Source of the DNA: Camelus dromedarius
Lineage: Eukaryota
Reading direction: 5' to 3'
Length of the DNA stretch: 64,000 nt
Assembly (NCBI RefSeq): GCF_036321535.1
Contig: NC_087436.1
Location: 6,200,001-6,264,000 of the forward strand
The position numbers and the translations under genes were made by a program. Under the pieces are notes generated by a model. The model did not search any database and had not been told where the DNA came from. It saw only the letters and a list, made by a program, of their open reading frames with translations. Shown here in pieces: positions 1 through 13,287 of this stretch. Numbering within the stretch: position 1 is the stretch's first letter; each line of letters opens with the position of its first letter.

Positions 1-313
1 TGACCAGGCACCAATACTGCCCTTTATGTCAGTAAAAGTGGCTGAACAGACGGGAGGAGGGAGCAGTCAGAGCACTGAGAACTTCCACAAAAGCTGCCCT
101 CTCTCCCTGTGAATAGAGAGTTCTTTCTCTTTCAAACAAGGCTTTGCATTTTCCATGCATGACTATTTGCTAGAAACAAGAGAAAACATTTCCTCTCCAT
201 GTACAACGGGAAACTAATATGGACAGAAAAACAAAATCTCTGTACCATGGAAAGAAGTTCGGTAACAATAGAAGTTTGAGCTCTTTCCAGAAAAATGTGC
301 ACACACCTGCTCA

Positions 314-344
<31 letters not shown>

Positions 345-355
345 TTGTGTGTGTG
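314..355. repeat. (TG)n microsatellite, interrupted
   Basis: Visible TG run. Confidence 0.95.
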
Positions 356-769
356 TTTTCATAAACAGGGGTGGGAGTTGGACACCACTCTGTGTTCACT
401 CCCACACACAACCTCAGATATCCCCTCTGGTTCTGCAGGGAGAAAATGAGAAAAATTCACTAGTCAGAGTTCTTTACAAACACCATGATGCACCATTACA
501 AAATGCCTTTGGTAGACCCTGGGCTTTATAAAGGCTCTTGGTAGACTGTTAAGCAGTTCTGTGTGACTATGTGGACACGATGCTTTGACCTCGCTTCCTG
601 GATTAACCATAAGGAAACAAAGAGCGTCACACTTGCTCACTGCTGCCCTACCTGCAGGCGCGCAAAGCAGAGAAGGCGACTCTGAAAGGAAACAAGAGAA
701 TGAAATTCTAGAGCAAACCATTCCCCAACACCCAGTTCAGCACCTTGAGTTTTCTGCATGTGGGTCTAT

Positions 770-1218
770 TTAATTTGTTCTGAAGCACAGTTGATTTACA
801 ACGTCTCAAGTGTACAGCAAAGTGATTCAGTCATACGTATATACACACATACATTCCTTTTAAGATTCTTTTCCATTATGGGTTATTACAAGGTAGTGAA
901 GATAGTTCCCTGTGATATACAATAGGTCCTTGTTTTTTATCTGTTTTATACATAGTAGTGTGTGTCTACTAATCCCAAATTCCTAATTTATCTTTTCCCC
1001 CTTCACCTTTGGTAACCATAAATGTTTTCCATGTCTGTGAGTCTGTTTCTGTTTCGTAAGTTAATTTGTGTCTTTTTTTAGGTTCTTCATGTAAGTGATA
1101 TCATATGGTATTTGTCTTTCTCTGACTTAGTTCGCTTAGTATGATAATCTCTAGGTCCATCCATGTCACTGCCAATGGCATGATTTCATCCTATTTCATG
1201 GCTGAGTGATATTCCATA
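770..1218 (-). mobile_element. L1 3' end (ORF2 tail and 3' UTR), 5'-truncated
   Basis: Reverse complement matches the L1 3' ends at 28185-28795 and 63036-63597 (e.g. ctctaggtccatccatgt, ggtaaccataa). Confidence 0.85.
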
Positions 1219-1289
1219 TGCTTGTATGTTATCGCACTGTGCTGGGACCCTCTCCACATGGCTAGAATGCCAACCTTTCAAACTCACCA

Positions 1290-1600
1290 GGTTCACCACC
1301 AAACCATTGCTCCCTCCCCTGAAACAACACCTTCTCTTTTCCAAGTTTGGATGACAGCAGTATCACTCTCCAAGGGTATACAGCTCTGTAGTGCCCTCAC
1401 CTTTCCCCACTCATCCTTCAAGTCAAACAGGGGCCATCTCCCACCACTTCCTGCTCCTCTAGCCATGATCTGATTTCAGACTTTCAGCATCTCTTCCCTG
1501 GAAAATCACAGTAACTTCTTACTTGGTCTTCCAATCTCTCTGGTCTCCCCCTTTTGGTTCCTCCTTCACGCAGCTGCCACAGTCTTAGATTTGGTAATAT
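1290..1600 (+). mobile_element. Degraded L2 fragment
   Basis: L2-like pyrimidine-rich motifs (catctcttccctgga...aacttcttacttggtcttcc). Confidence 0.4.
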
Positions 1601-1944
1601 TAATTCTCTATTTGGACGCTCATAATGATTCCTTACTGCCAACAGCACGATTTCCTTGGGAAATCAAGTTTGGCTCCTGTGAGGATGCTTTTAAGCAATG
1701 AGGGAAAAGGAAGGAAAGAGGTAAGGGCAGAGACATCGGAAAGAATAAAAAATATCTCAAAATCTACAAATGACTTCAAATTTGGTTTTGTGTTTTATTT
1801 GTGTAGGTTTAATATTGTACAAAACAATCCTATTTAGGGAAATAAGAAAACATGTATATATCAGCTTATTTTTGTGAAAACAATCAAAAGAAGAATAAAT
1901 CTGAAACTGTGATGTAATTGGTTACAAGAGAAAAATGTAGATTC

Positions 1945-2200
1945 GATTGAAATGTTAACTTTTTCTGAATTTCCAAAACTGTACCATGGTTATGTAAGAG
2001 AGTATCCTTGTTCTTAGGAAATACATACAGTAGCAGTAACAGACAAAGGAGCATGGCATATGCAGCCTACTCTCAAATGGTTCAGATAAAAAAAAATTGT
2101 AACAATGTGTGTGTGTATATATGTGCATCGTGAGACGGAGACAGAGAGCAAGAGAGAATAATAGTCTGTTTTGCAAGATGTTAAAAATTGACCAATCAAG
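1945..2200 (+). mobile_element. Old L1M (L1MC/MD-like) 3' UTR fragment
   Basis: tgtaccatggttatgtaagagagtatccttgttcttaggaaatacatac...tactctcaaatggttcag motif. Confidence 0.65.
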
Positions 2201-4979
2201 GTCAAAGAGTCATTTGTTTTTTCCTGACGGAACATCTATTATTTATTACTGCTGAGGACCAGTTAGAAGACTTTCCCCTGGACACATCGTCTCATCACTG
2301 ATGGATCTGGAACCCTGATACTTTGCTAATTCTGCTGCAGGAAGAACTGCCAGTGTTTGAGTGAAGTTCTTTGCCTTTGACCACGAGTTTGTGGCATCAG
2401 TTTAGCCAGTGGCTATCTTTTGCACATCTTCTCTTTGGTAAATGTGTTGCAGAAAGTTAACTGTTAACTCTGTTTTCAGATGTATTGCCTGGTCTCTTGT
2501 GTGGGACCTTCTTGCGAAATAAATATTTCTGGGCTTAAATTTCCTCATCTGCAGAATAAGAACAGTTGAGTAATCACCAGATTACATCTCTAAGTTCTTT
2601 TATCCCCAAAATATCTCTTTCATATTTCACTTCCTCAAATTTCTTTTTAATTCAGAGTAAATGTAATTATCTCACCCACCGCATTTCTGTATCCCTTGGG
2701 AGGAAAAGCAGTGCATTCCTGTTCATGATTAAGGTGAAGCGAGGCTTGTTGTCCTGCTAATTCTTCTCCACATAGTTTTAATTTTTTAATTGAGACTATT
2801 AGTGAAAGAAGCTTATCGTAACGAGGATTCTAAAAATGCTGACTCATGCCTAAGATTGCTTGCATTCTTACAAGTAAAAGAAAAGTGTTGAAATAATTGA
2901 TCTGTTGCCAGTCGAATGCTTTCAGTGTGTGTTATTTCTCAGCACTGGCTTCATACAGGCCTGTTACCCAGCTTTGCTGCAGTGCTAATTTGGCACTGGC
3001 TAAAAATACCCAGAATCAGGGAGGAATGATGGGCAGGAAGAGAGCTTTATCAGAATCTGTCCAGTGGTAATCAATGTTTGTTTGTTTGGTCGATCTCTGG
3101 ACAGATAATGTAAAACACAATGCATTTCCTCGCCATTGCTTTCCCAAGACTCCAGAAAGGATCGGAATGCAAAGGCAGCTGTGAAGAAGGCCCCTGACCT
3201 CAGACAGACACTGGGTCCACTTGGAATTCACAGGGTTGGAGAGGTTAAAGGGCAAACAGCACAGAGACCACTCCTCCAATAGCTGCAACCCTGCAGGAGA
3301 TCAGCGTGCAAGGCTTTGATTCCTCCTTTCAGCAGTTACTCTCACAGACACCCAAGGCCGTAACAGACAGCCTACTTTAGAAAAAGAAGCGACTATGTAA
3401 AACTGTCATAGGGAAAGCAAGGAGGAGGGCCCTGAGTCTGCACCCCTTCCCAGCAAACTGGTCTCTGCCAGCCCCAAGGATGGACATCAGGGCTGCGCAC
3501 AAGCAAACTGCTAGGAGGAGGTCCCGGACCAAGGAGCCCTGCAGACAGACAGGCTGGGAGCTGCGTGCTCATCGCTCTGGAGGGCAGGCCTCTGAGAGCC
3601 CCTCTCCAGCCCCTTCCCTGCCCAGAGCATCTGGCAGCCCCAGACCTGCCATGTCCTGCCAGGCCAGACCAGAGGGACTGGGAGGACCCCATCAGGGGGA
3701 GGGTAAGCCCTTCACCTTTGTCAACCCCTCCTCTCCTTCTCCTCCCCTCCCCCACCCCCTCCCTCTCCCTGCATCCCTGATGGTTCTGGTGGTTGACCTC
3801 TTGTGGTGAAGCAGACCAAGTTTTCCCACGCACCCCAGTGTGGGACAGCCTTTATTTTATCAAGTATGAAATTATATTGATACTTTTAAATAAAATCAAT
3901 GTAATGTACTAGGATGAATTTGAACAGGGTGGAAATCATTTTTTAAGTCAGTTAAAACTCATCAATTAGAAAATAGCTTTTATTCACTCATTCAATAAAC
4001 ATATATTAAGTACTTAGTGTATGCTGGGTTCTCTGGCCACCAAACAAGTCTTTGTGCCCAGAATTCTTACAAGTAAAAAAACTAAGACAAATTTTACCAC
4101 TTAAGTATTAATTTTTTTTAAATAAAAAGACATTAATTTTCAGTGGTTGAAAAATGTGTTAATGGGTTTTTATTGTGAAAGACAGATATATTTATATGTC
4201 TAATGAGGAAAATTCCAAGAATATAATTAAAAAAATTTTTTTTTACAAATAGCAAGTGGTATTATTTTTAAAGACAATTTGAGAATAGTCTTGAAAAATA
4301 TATTAATAATGTTTTTTTTTCAAAACCATTTTTGTAGTGTTTTCATTTATATTGTTATTTACCTTGGCAAATTACATGTATATTTCTATTGTAATTTACC
4401 ACTCTACAAAGAGCTTCCGTGTTAAAAATCAAACATGTATTTCCAGGGTTCTGCAAGATCAATATATTAGAATATTGCTGTTTTGCAGGAAATATGTATT
4501 TTTTTCAGAATATATTTTTATTCCCTGCTATAACATCCAACCAACTTCAAGGTTTTAAGGTTTGGCCATGTAGCTGGTGTTGACAACATTGTCAATTTTC
4601 CTACAGAGACATTCAGGGGAAATTATCAAGGCAGAATAGGAAAAAGTTAGCATCGTTTAATAAATGGCTTCTATTCAAACAATAATGTCATTGTCTAAAT
4701 GCCAGGTCTTCTTGGAGCTGCGAAAGTTTTGCGATATCAGGTCCCACTAGTTGCTAAGCAATAAGCAGTTTTTGCTTCACTAGATAGGCTTTGTGTGTTT
4801 CTTCTCCAAAAATGTTATCTTGGAAAAAGACAGTATCATTTTAAAACTGCTGCTTAATGAGATCATTTTGCTATGATTGATGCTTAAATAAATACAAAAC
4901 TATATTGACACTTTTATATAAAATCAATGTTATATATTAGATTTAAGGAGACCAGAGTCTACAGTAAGAGTAGAAATCT

Positions 4980-5136
4980 TTTTTTTTTTTTTAAATTTCT
5001 GTATTTTGTTGGGGGGGGAGCAGCGGGTGGGAGGTAATTAGGTTTACTTATTTACTTTGAGAGGAGGTACTGGGAATTGAACCCAGGATGTATATGCCAA
5101 GCATGTGGTCTACCAATTGAGCTATACTCTACCCCC
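4980..5136 (-). mobile_element. tRNA-Ala-derived camelid SINE (Vic-1-like)
   Basis: Reverse complement of the tRNA-Ala head (gagctata...acccc, ctgggaattgaacccagg), the aaacctaattacctcc body and a poly-T tail. Confidence 0.85.
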
Positions 5137-5224
5137 ATTTTTTTTTAAGTCAGTTAAAACTCACCAGTTAAAAAACAGCTTTGGGGTGGGGGGACCACTT
5201 TCATTAATTAAAAAAAAAAGTCTA

Positions 5225-5405
5225 AACTTCAACCATAAAATGACAATCCAATTTAAACCAGGCATAGAAGCTAAATAGGCATTTCCTCAAAGAAGGTATA
5301 CAAATAGTTAATAAGCACATGATAAGATGTTCATCTCATCAGCCATCAGGGAAATACAAATCAAAACCAGGAGATGCCACTCCCCCGCCCCCACCAGGGC
5401 AACTA
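5225..5405 (+). mobile_element. Old L1 ORF2 C-terminal fragment
   Basis: ggcatttcctcaaagaagg...catcagggaaatacaaatcaaaacc motif. Confidence 0.75.
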
Positions 5406-5671
5406 AAATTTTCATATATTGTTGCCGGAGTTCTGTGGAAATACAATTTTTTTTATTTTATTTAAATACTAAGTTATTAAGGCTAGTATTCTCTAATACT
5501 AGTGTTAAAGCATTGCAATTAGAATACTGTTATCAAAAATATTGGAATATGCTCATGTTCCTGGATAAAATTCTAAATATATATACTCATAATGATATAA
5601 GTTAAAAATATTTTAATAAAAATGAATAGTGTGAATTAGGGAAATTAATATTTGCAAATACTTGATGGAAA

Positions 5672-6148
5672 TGAGACAGGAGGGAAGGGGGCCGGGCACA
5701 AGCATTAAAAGAATGAAACAGTCATTAGCACCAAGATGATGGAAGATTCAACTCCCAGTTAACTTTGGGCTTCAGTATCTACTCATTGAAATACAATAGC
5801 TGCTAAATGGTCCTCCCAGAGGTAGCAGGCTGGCCTTAAAGGTAAAAATGTGGGTGGTGGCCCAGTGACTGGGAATCCCAGCCCTTTCCCCAAAGCAGCT
5901 CGAATAATCTTCCAACTTGTTAGCATATGAAATTTCATAAAAACGAACAACCCCGCACCTTCTGGCTGCTCTCTCTCGCCTTCTGTCTACACAGTGGGCA
6001 TCTTTCTGAATAAATCTGCTTTTACTTCACTATGGCTCATTCTTGAATCCTTTTCTGGGCGAAGCCGAAAATCCTTACTTGATGAAGTGCATCCCAGGGA
6101 CTCACCTGGGACCTGACCACCCACCCCTGCCCCATCTTTCCTGTGTCA
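5672..6148 (+). mobile_element. Solo ERV LTR (ERV1-like)
   Basis: TG...CA ends with a 9/10 terminal inverted repeat (TGAGACAGGA / TCCTGTGTCA). Internal AATAAA near 6009 followed by a U5-like segment. Confidence 0.75.
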
Positions 6149-8039
6149 AAAATACTTTGACTTTGCCTCATAAATAAGAATGTTTGTCTGCTTAGCTTCA
6201 TTACAAGTTTGCTAGAGGAAAAAAAAGTGGAAGGAAAATTAATTCCATCCCCCAAATTATTCAAGAAATAGGGGAGCATCTCAGACAGGTGTGATGCTGA
6301 AAGCAGGTTTTTCTGTTTGCAACTCTGCACTGAATAAAATATCGGAAGGAGAACAGTCACTTCCGAGACAGGCCAGGATAGTTCTCACCACCACCACAGA
6401 AACATTTGAAAGAGGAAGTGGAGAAATTTACAAAAAGCAAGTACAATAGATAAAAATTAGAAGCACTCTGATAACTACACTGCAAAAACTAAAACAAAGA
6501 AACTAAATGGGGCACTGAATCTTAGGGGAAAAAATCCTGAAATTTTCAGACAAAAAAAAAAAATGGCTCATGAAGGGATTTATTTCATCAAAAGTTTGCT
6601 TCATCAAGGACCACAAATCAGTCATAAACACCTAACTCATGGACAGTTTCCATGGAGACATAGAAAGCCCCAAATGGAAACAATAGGTTCTTAACCCACA
6701 GAATAACGGTTGTAGCTCAAGTTATAACATCCATGAGCAATTCTATAGAAAAATCATTTTATTAACAATGAAGAAATAAGAAATCACAATACTCAAAAGA
6801 ATAGACCATCAATCCTGAAACATTCATGAGCTGCTATACAAAACGACACGGCCATCTTTCTCAAGGTGTAGACTGTATTGATAAAATTGTTGATTCTTTC
6901 CTAGCAATCCCCTATTTTGTGTGATTCACTGTGGTTGACAAAAACCAACAGAAGCTGTTGCTATGGTGTTTATGTATTCAGGATACATTTTGTACAAAAT
7001 AGTTGATGGAACTAAATTTATCTCCACAATTGGCGATGCACACAAGGAATAAGGGCACTGGTGAGATGCTCTTTGATTCTAGGTCTCTTAACCTGTATTG
7101 AATAATCACTGCTTGTCCCTGCAGTTCCCTCCTCTTTCATTTAGTGGGAAGAAAATCACAGGGCTATTTTGCGCCACCACATAGCCCTTCCTGTATGAGA
7201 GAATTCTAACAATTATTTTGCTTCGTCTTTGGATTTCTCTAACCTCTATCCCCTTTCTATATCGGAAAGAAAAGACACACTTAAGAATGGATTATTTGCG
7301 CTGACACACCACAATTCTCTTTACTCCCCATCCCACCTCTAATAGCTCTAAGTAAACTGAGGACAGAGGTGCTTGTTATATTTCCTTATAGGGGCCACAG
7401 TAATATTATCTATGAGCAGGTAGATCCGGCGGTTTATTTCACTGCTTCCTTCATTAACTCCAGAGTGAATAAAACCCAGGGACTAGAACGATGAAAAAGC
7501 TTACCTTTTCCTCTCTGTTACTCTATAGTGCTAAATAGAATCAGGATTTTCTCTTTCCCTGATTATTTTATTAATTAAAAGAACAACAATTTCAATCCTA
7601 TTACTTTGTGCATATGAAATGTTGGATCTCTTAATATAAAAGCTGATCCACCATACAAAACAGTTTTTACAGAGGTTGTTGAAAGCAGGCACATTCTTTT
7701 CATGCTTTGTCACAAACTTCTTCCTCCAAAACATATTTATTGGATTGATTTTTTAATTAGTGACTGTTACACTATTCATTGTTTCCACTGACAAAGAAAT
7801 CCAGTGGTAGCGAAAGAAGCAGTAAGGTTGCATTTTTAGAATAAAAGTAAAAAGAGAAATTAAAAACAACAACCAAAAAACAAAAACAAAAACAAAACTC
7901 ATGAAAGGAAGAAGAAAAACAAAACCATAGAAGATGAGAAGAAAGGTTGTAATTGTGAGAAACTGAGTTGAAAATGACAAAACTCCCAATATAGGAAATA
8001 GTTTAATGTAGATACTATGTTAATATTTAATAATTGCAA

Positions 8040-11000
8040 ACATTTACTTTTTAACACACTTTTTAGGACTTTCCCGGTACAAATGCATTTAATCTTCATA
8101 ACCCAGACTGAGTAACATGTGTACACACGTAACGCCATCACCAGAGTCAAAATAACATTGATATCCACCACCCCAAACTCACCACCTTTCTCCCTTCCCC
8201 TGTTCAGGTAAACACTGATTTGCATCATGTTACTATAGATTAGCATAGATTAGATTACTATAAATTAGTATGGTCCTAGAAGCAGATCTAGAATGATATA
8301 TAATGAAATCACCAATTTTGTGTTCCTTTTCTGCCTGGCTTCTTTCCCTCAGCATAGTTATTTTGAAATCATCCATTTGGATGTGTGTATGAATAGGTCA
8401 TCACTTTTTTTGTGTGTGTGTTCTATTGTATAGATATACCACCGCTCGCATATGCATTCACATGTGGTACACATTTGGAATGTTTCCAGTTCCCGGGTTT
8501 TACAAATCAGGCTGCATGAATGTTTGTGTACAAGTCTCTGGGTAATTCTCTGAGTAACTAGGAACAGAATGAATGGATAGATCATGTGACATTTATACAT
8601 GTAACTATTAAAGATAGTACCAAATTGTTTTCTAAAGTGCTTGCATCATTTTGCATTTCTGGTTCCTCCACATCCTTGACCACATATGGTATGGTCAGTC
8701 TTACAAATTTTTATCATTTTTGCACAGTCTGTAATGAGATCCACTGTGATTTGAATTTTCATTTGCCTGCTAATTAATGAGTGGGCATTTTTTGTCTGTG
8801 TTTATTTGCCATTCATAAATATCCTTTTGTGAAGTGATTCTTCAGATCTTTTGCCTATTTTTTGTGGGTTGGTTTTATTTGTGTTTTTTGTTTTTTGCTT
8901 TTTACTTTTTGAGTTTTGAGAACTCTTTATATATTCTGGATACGAGTCCTTGAATTTTCTCCCACTATATGGCTTATTTTCTGCATTCTCTTAAGAGTCT
9001 CTCCAAAAGAGCAGATTTTTTTAAAATGTTGATGAATCCAATTTGTCAATTTACTCCTTTATGGATTATGCTTTTGGTAATACATCTAAGATAGTTTTGC
9101 CTATATCAAGTCACAAAGATTTTCCCTTATGTTTACATTCAGAATTATTATCATCTTAGATTTGACATTTAGGTCTATAGTCCATTTGAAGTTAATTTTG
9201 TATATGGTGAAATATAGTGCGGATCAAAGGATTTTATTTTTTGTTTTTGTTTTTGTTTATAGACATTCAATTGTTCTAGCATCAATTGTTGAAAAGACTA
9301 TCCTTTTTCCATGGAATTACTCTTCCACCTTTGTCAAAAATCCATTATCCTCAAACATGTGGGTCTACGTCTGGACCCTGTACTCTTTTAATTGATCTGT
9401 TTGTCTGTCTGAATGGCAATACCACACTACTTGACTGCTGTAGCCTTATTAAGGCTGAAACCAGTTAGGACCAGTCCTTTAAATTTGTTCTTTTCTAAAG
9501 TAGTTTTGGCCATTCTAAATCCTTTGTATTTCTATATGAATTTTGCAATCAGCTTGCTAACTTTTACAAATCACTCACTGAGATTTTCCTTGGGACTTAT
9601 TTTATGACTGAGAATATTATTTATCTTGGTAAGTATTCCACGTGCAATTGAAAAAAAGTATTGAAATTGAATTCAATTGAAATTGTATTGAAACTGAAAT
9701 TATATTGAAATTGAAATTGAAATTGCAATTGAAAAATATTATTCTGTTGCTGGGTATAGTATTCTATAAATGTCAAACAGACCATGTTGGTTAACAGTGT
9801 GGTTAAGTCTACTGTGTTCTTGTTAATTCTCTCTCTGCTTGTTCTGTTATTCACTGAGAAGGGATTATTACATCTCTGACTATCATTGAGGATATTTCTA
9901 TTTCTCCTTGGAGTTGTAGCTGTTTAGTGTCATGTATTTTGAAGCTCTGTCACTAGGGGCATATACATTTAAAATTCTTATATGCTTTTGAGGTACTGAT
10001 CCCAATCTATGGGATTAAAGTTTTCATCAAGTTTGGAAACATTTTGACCATTCTTTTTCACATGTTTTTTCTGCCCCTACATTTCTCTCCATCGGAAGTT
10101 GAATTACAAGGACATGAAACTTCTGAAATTTTCCTACAACTCACTGAGACTGTTCTTTTACATTTTTTTCTACTTCTCATTTTGCACAGTTTCTGTTCCT
10201 ATGGCTTTAAGTTCACTATTTTTTTTCTTCTGTGATGTCTAATCCATTGTTAATTCCAGCCAATATATTTTTCTGTCATACATTGTAACTTTCGCCTCTA
10301 AAATTTTGAAGTAGGTCCTTTTTCTCTGTTCCTACTGAACACATTGTATATATAAAAAATAGTTCTAACTATTTTAACGTTCTTTTTTAGCTAATTCTAA
10401 CATCTATGGCGGTTCTAAGTCAGTTTTGATTTTCCGATCGTCCTCTTCATATGCGTTATGTTTTCCTACTTCTCTGTGGGCCTTGTAAGCGTCACTTTAA
10501 TAGCAAACAGGGTGAATTCTGCCTTGTTGGTGCTTTATTCTAGGATTCAGTTAAGTGCTTGGAAATGACTTAAGCTTTTTGATCTTGACTTTCTGATTTT
10601 TACGCAGATCTGGAGAGGTGCTCAGTCTCGGACTAATAATTTCCTAGTACTGGGGCAGGATCTATCTTGAGTTATGAGTTTTCCAGTCTGCTACTGGAAA
10701 TGGGAACCAGTCCCAGCTCTGTGTGAGTGCCAATCACTGTTCCCTCTAATCCTCTTGGTTGGCTGTTTCCTCGGCCTTGGGGAGTTCTTTCTTCCCCGGC
10801 ACTGATCAGTGCTCTGATGAATACCTCAGGGTAAATCTACTCTTTGGATCTCCAGGGAGCTAACTCTGCAACTCTCCTTCCTCCAGGGCCCTGTCCAGAG
10901 AACTCTAGCCTCCTGGTCTCCCCAGATCAACCCTCAAACCCAACTCTTCAACTCAGGGGTCCACAGGCCTGCTGGGTCCCCCACCCTGTGCAGTAACCTG

Positions 11001-11170
11001 GGGCAGTAACCTGGGGAAATTACAGGACTCACTTTCTCTGTTTCTCTTTGGAGATCATTATGCTTTGAGCCTGATCCCTAGTGTCTTGAAAACAAGATTT
11101 TATATACTGTTTGGTTTTTGGTTTCGGTTTTTTGATTTTCTCAAGCAGAGAGGGTATTTTCAGTCTCTGA
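8040..11170 (-). mobile_element. Old fragmented L1M (3' UTR, ORF2 and 5'-region pieces)
   Basis: Antisense L1 ORF2 motifs (tctttatatattctggatac, ttgttgaaaagactatcctttt, gttttggccattcta). L1M 5'-end-like sequence at about 10000-11170. Confidence 0.75.
9644..9737. repeat. (ATTGAA)n degenerate tandem expansion inside L1
   Basis: Repeated aattga/attgaa units bounded by gcaattgaaaaa at both ends. Confidence 0.85.
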
Positions 11171-11324
11171 TACTATATCTTGTGCAGGAAAGGAAGCTCT
11201 CCTTCAGCCTTTAAAAAACAACTAAAGGAAGAAAGGAAAAAGCAAAAGACTGTGGAAAAGAGAGCAGGGAAATCCTGAAAATTTCCTCTTGAGCTTGTTT
11301 GGATTAAGGTACAAGAGCTCATAG

Positions 11325-11799
11325 GTTCGACTCCTGTTGCTGCTGTTACAAATGATAACTTTAGTGGCTTAACGACAATGTCACTTTATTACTTATGTTC
11401 TGTAGGTCAAAAGTCTGACCCAGGTCTCAGGGAGCTGAGGTCAAGACGTGAGCAGGGCTGCATCTCGTTCTGGATGCCTCAGGAAGTCCATTTCCTTGCT
11501 TTTCTAGCCTTTGAAGATCACCCACATCCCTCAGCTCACGGATTCCTTGCTCGTTGCCCCATCAGACCGTTCTCCTGGAGTCTCCCTCCAGCCACTGCCA
11601 GGCAAGGTTCTCTGCCATTAAGGACCCACATGGTTAGACTGTGTCCACCCGGATAACCCAGTCTGCTCTCAGCAACCTCAAGATCCTCAGCTTAATCACA
11701 TCAGCAAAGTCCCTGTCACCATGTCATGTGAAGCAGTCACAGGATTGAAGGATTAGGATACAGATATCTTTAGGGGGGGTCACTATTCTGCCCCTAACA
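11325..11799 (-). mobile_element. MaLR LTR (MLT1D-like)
   Basis: ttgctgctgttacaaat...tagtggcttaa start and ggattagga...cactattctgcccctaaca end. Confidence 0.8.
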
Positions 11800-11842
11800 A
11801 CTAAGATCTGGTGACCTGAGTTCTACTATTCTATTCATTTTT

Positions 11843-11982
11843 TTTTATTGAAGTATAGTCAGTTTATAATAAGCCAGAAAGAGAAAGAAAAATACCATAT
11901 GATATCACTTATATCTGGAATCTTAAAAAATGACACAAATGAACTTCTTTACAAAACAGAAACAAACTCATAGACATAGAAA
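11843..11982 (-). mobile_element. Young mini-L1 with 5' inversion
   Basis: 18-bp TSD actattctattcattttt (11825-11842, 11983-12000). Minus-strand L1 3' tip (11843-11870) joined to a plus-strand L1 piece (11871-11982). Confidence 0.9.
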
Positions 11983-13287
11983 ACTATTCTATTCATTTTT
12001 AACTAATGAGAAGGACGTTCCCAGAAACCCTTTTAAAAACATTCAGTCAAACACAAAATTTTAAGAAAAGAAATTTGCCAGTTTTTCCTTTCCCACCCAG
12101 TTGATGAAAAAAATTAACTGGACAGACTGCTTTGTCTACACAGCCTATTGGTAAGCCCTTCTTTATGGGCCCGTAACCCTGGTTCTTCCTTAACCTTCCA
12201 AGATTAAAATGGTGACATCAGACATGCAATGAGTTCTACATATGTCCAGGTTCAATCATGCTTCATAGCGTTTATTTTCAAGTCTTCTCTAGAATTGTTT
12301 TTATGTTGGTTAATATTGCTTCTCAAAGGAATTTCACAAGTAATATCAGTAATATAACAATAGACAATATTGATTAAGCACATGATTTCACACAAATAAC
12401 TCCTCTGGCATATGCAGGAGCTACTATAATTTGATGCATGAAGAAATGAAGCCGAGAGTGTGTGATTTGCCCAATGTTTCAGAAACAGTTTGCATGGAGG
12501 TTAGATCAAGGCCAAGACGATCTGACTCCTGCGTCTACTACACTCTCGATCCCAATTTTCACCTCATTTTAAGCTCCTGGGAGACACGGATCATACCTTA
12601 ATATTTTGTTTACTTCTTTGAAGCATCTGCACAATATTAGCTAATGCTGAAGCATATAACACTTGCCTGATAAATTAATACTTCTTCCTTTCATGTCTTT
12701 AACTATCAAGCAATCTAGAGAGATTCAATATCCCAAAGGTGCTCCCCTGATTTCACTGGGAGGAGGTGAATGTGGAAGAGGGGGCAGGGCGCACAGGGTA
12801 CAACTGCTGCTTCAGTTGATGCAAGAGACAAATAGTGTCATGTAGTTGCTAGGAAACCGAGTCAGCCGCACTGAGCATCCTCGCTATAGCTCACTGAGAT
12901 CTGCTCTTGTTCGCCTTCATAGATACACACACAGACCCCTGAATCTGGGACACCAGACATGATGCTTATCTTTTAATCTTAAAATAGTTACACTTTAAAA
13001 TTGTTTTCACTAGAATAGTGGAAAGCAGAGAGTTGCAAATTTCATACATCATTGACACTGTGGGCGATTGTGGACAGTTTCTAAACACAGGAGGGAAAAA
13101 AACTGACTCCTTTTCTGGTGACTAGTGAGAATATTTAGCTCAAGGCCACAATCCTTGGGTTTCTCAGAACTTGGATTTCCTTGATTAGGAAAGAAAGCGT
13201 TAGGTGGCCACCCGAGCTCTCTTCTATTACTTGGACTTATTTTAAACTCATCATCCAAGACAGAATAGCTTGGGAGATGTTTCTTAC

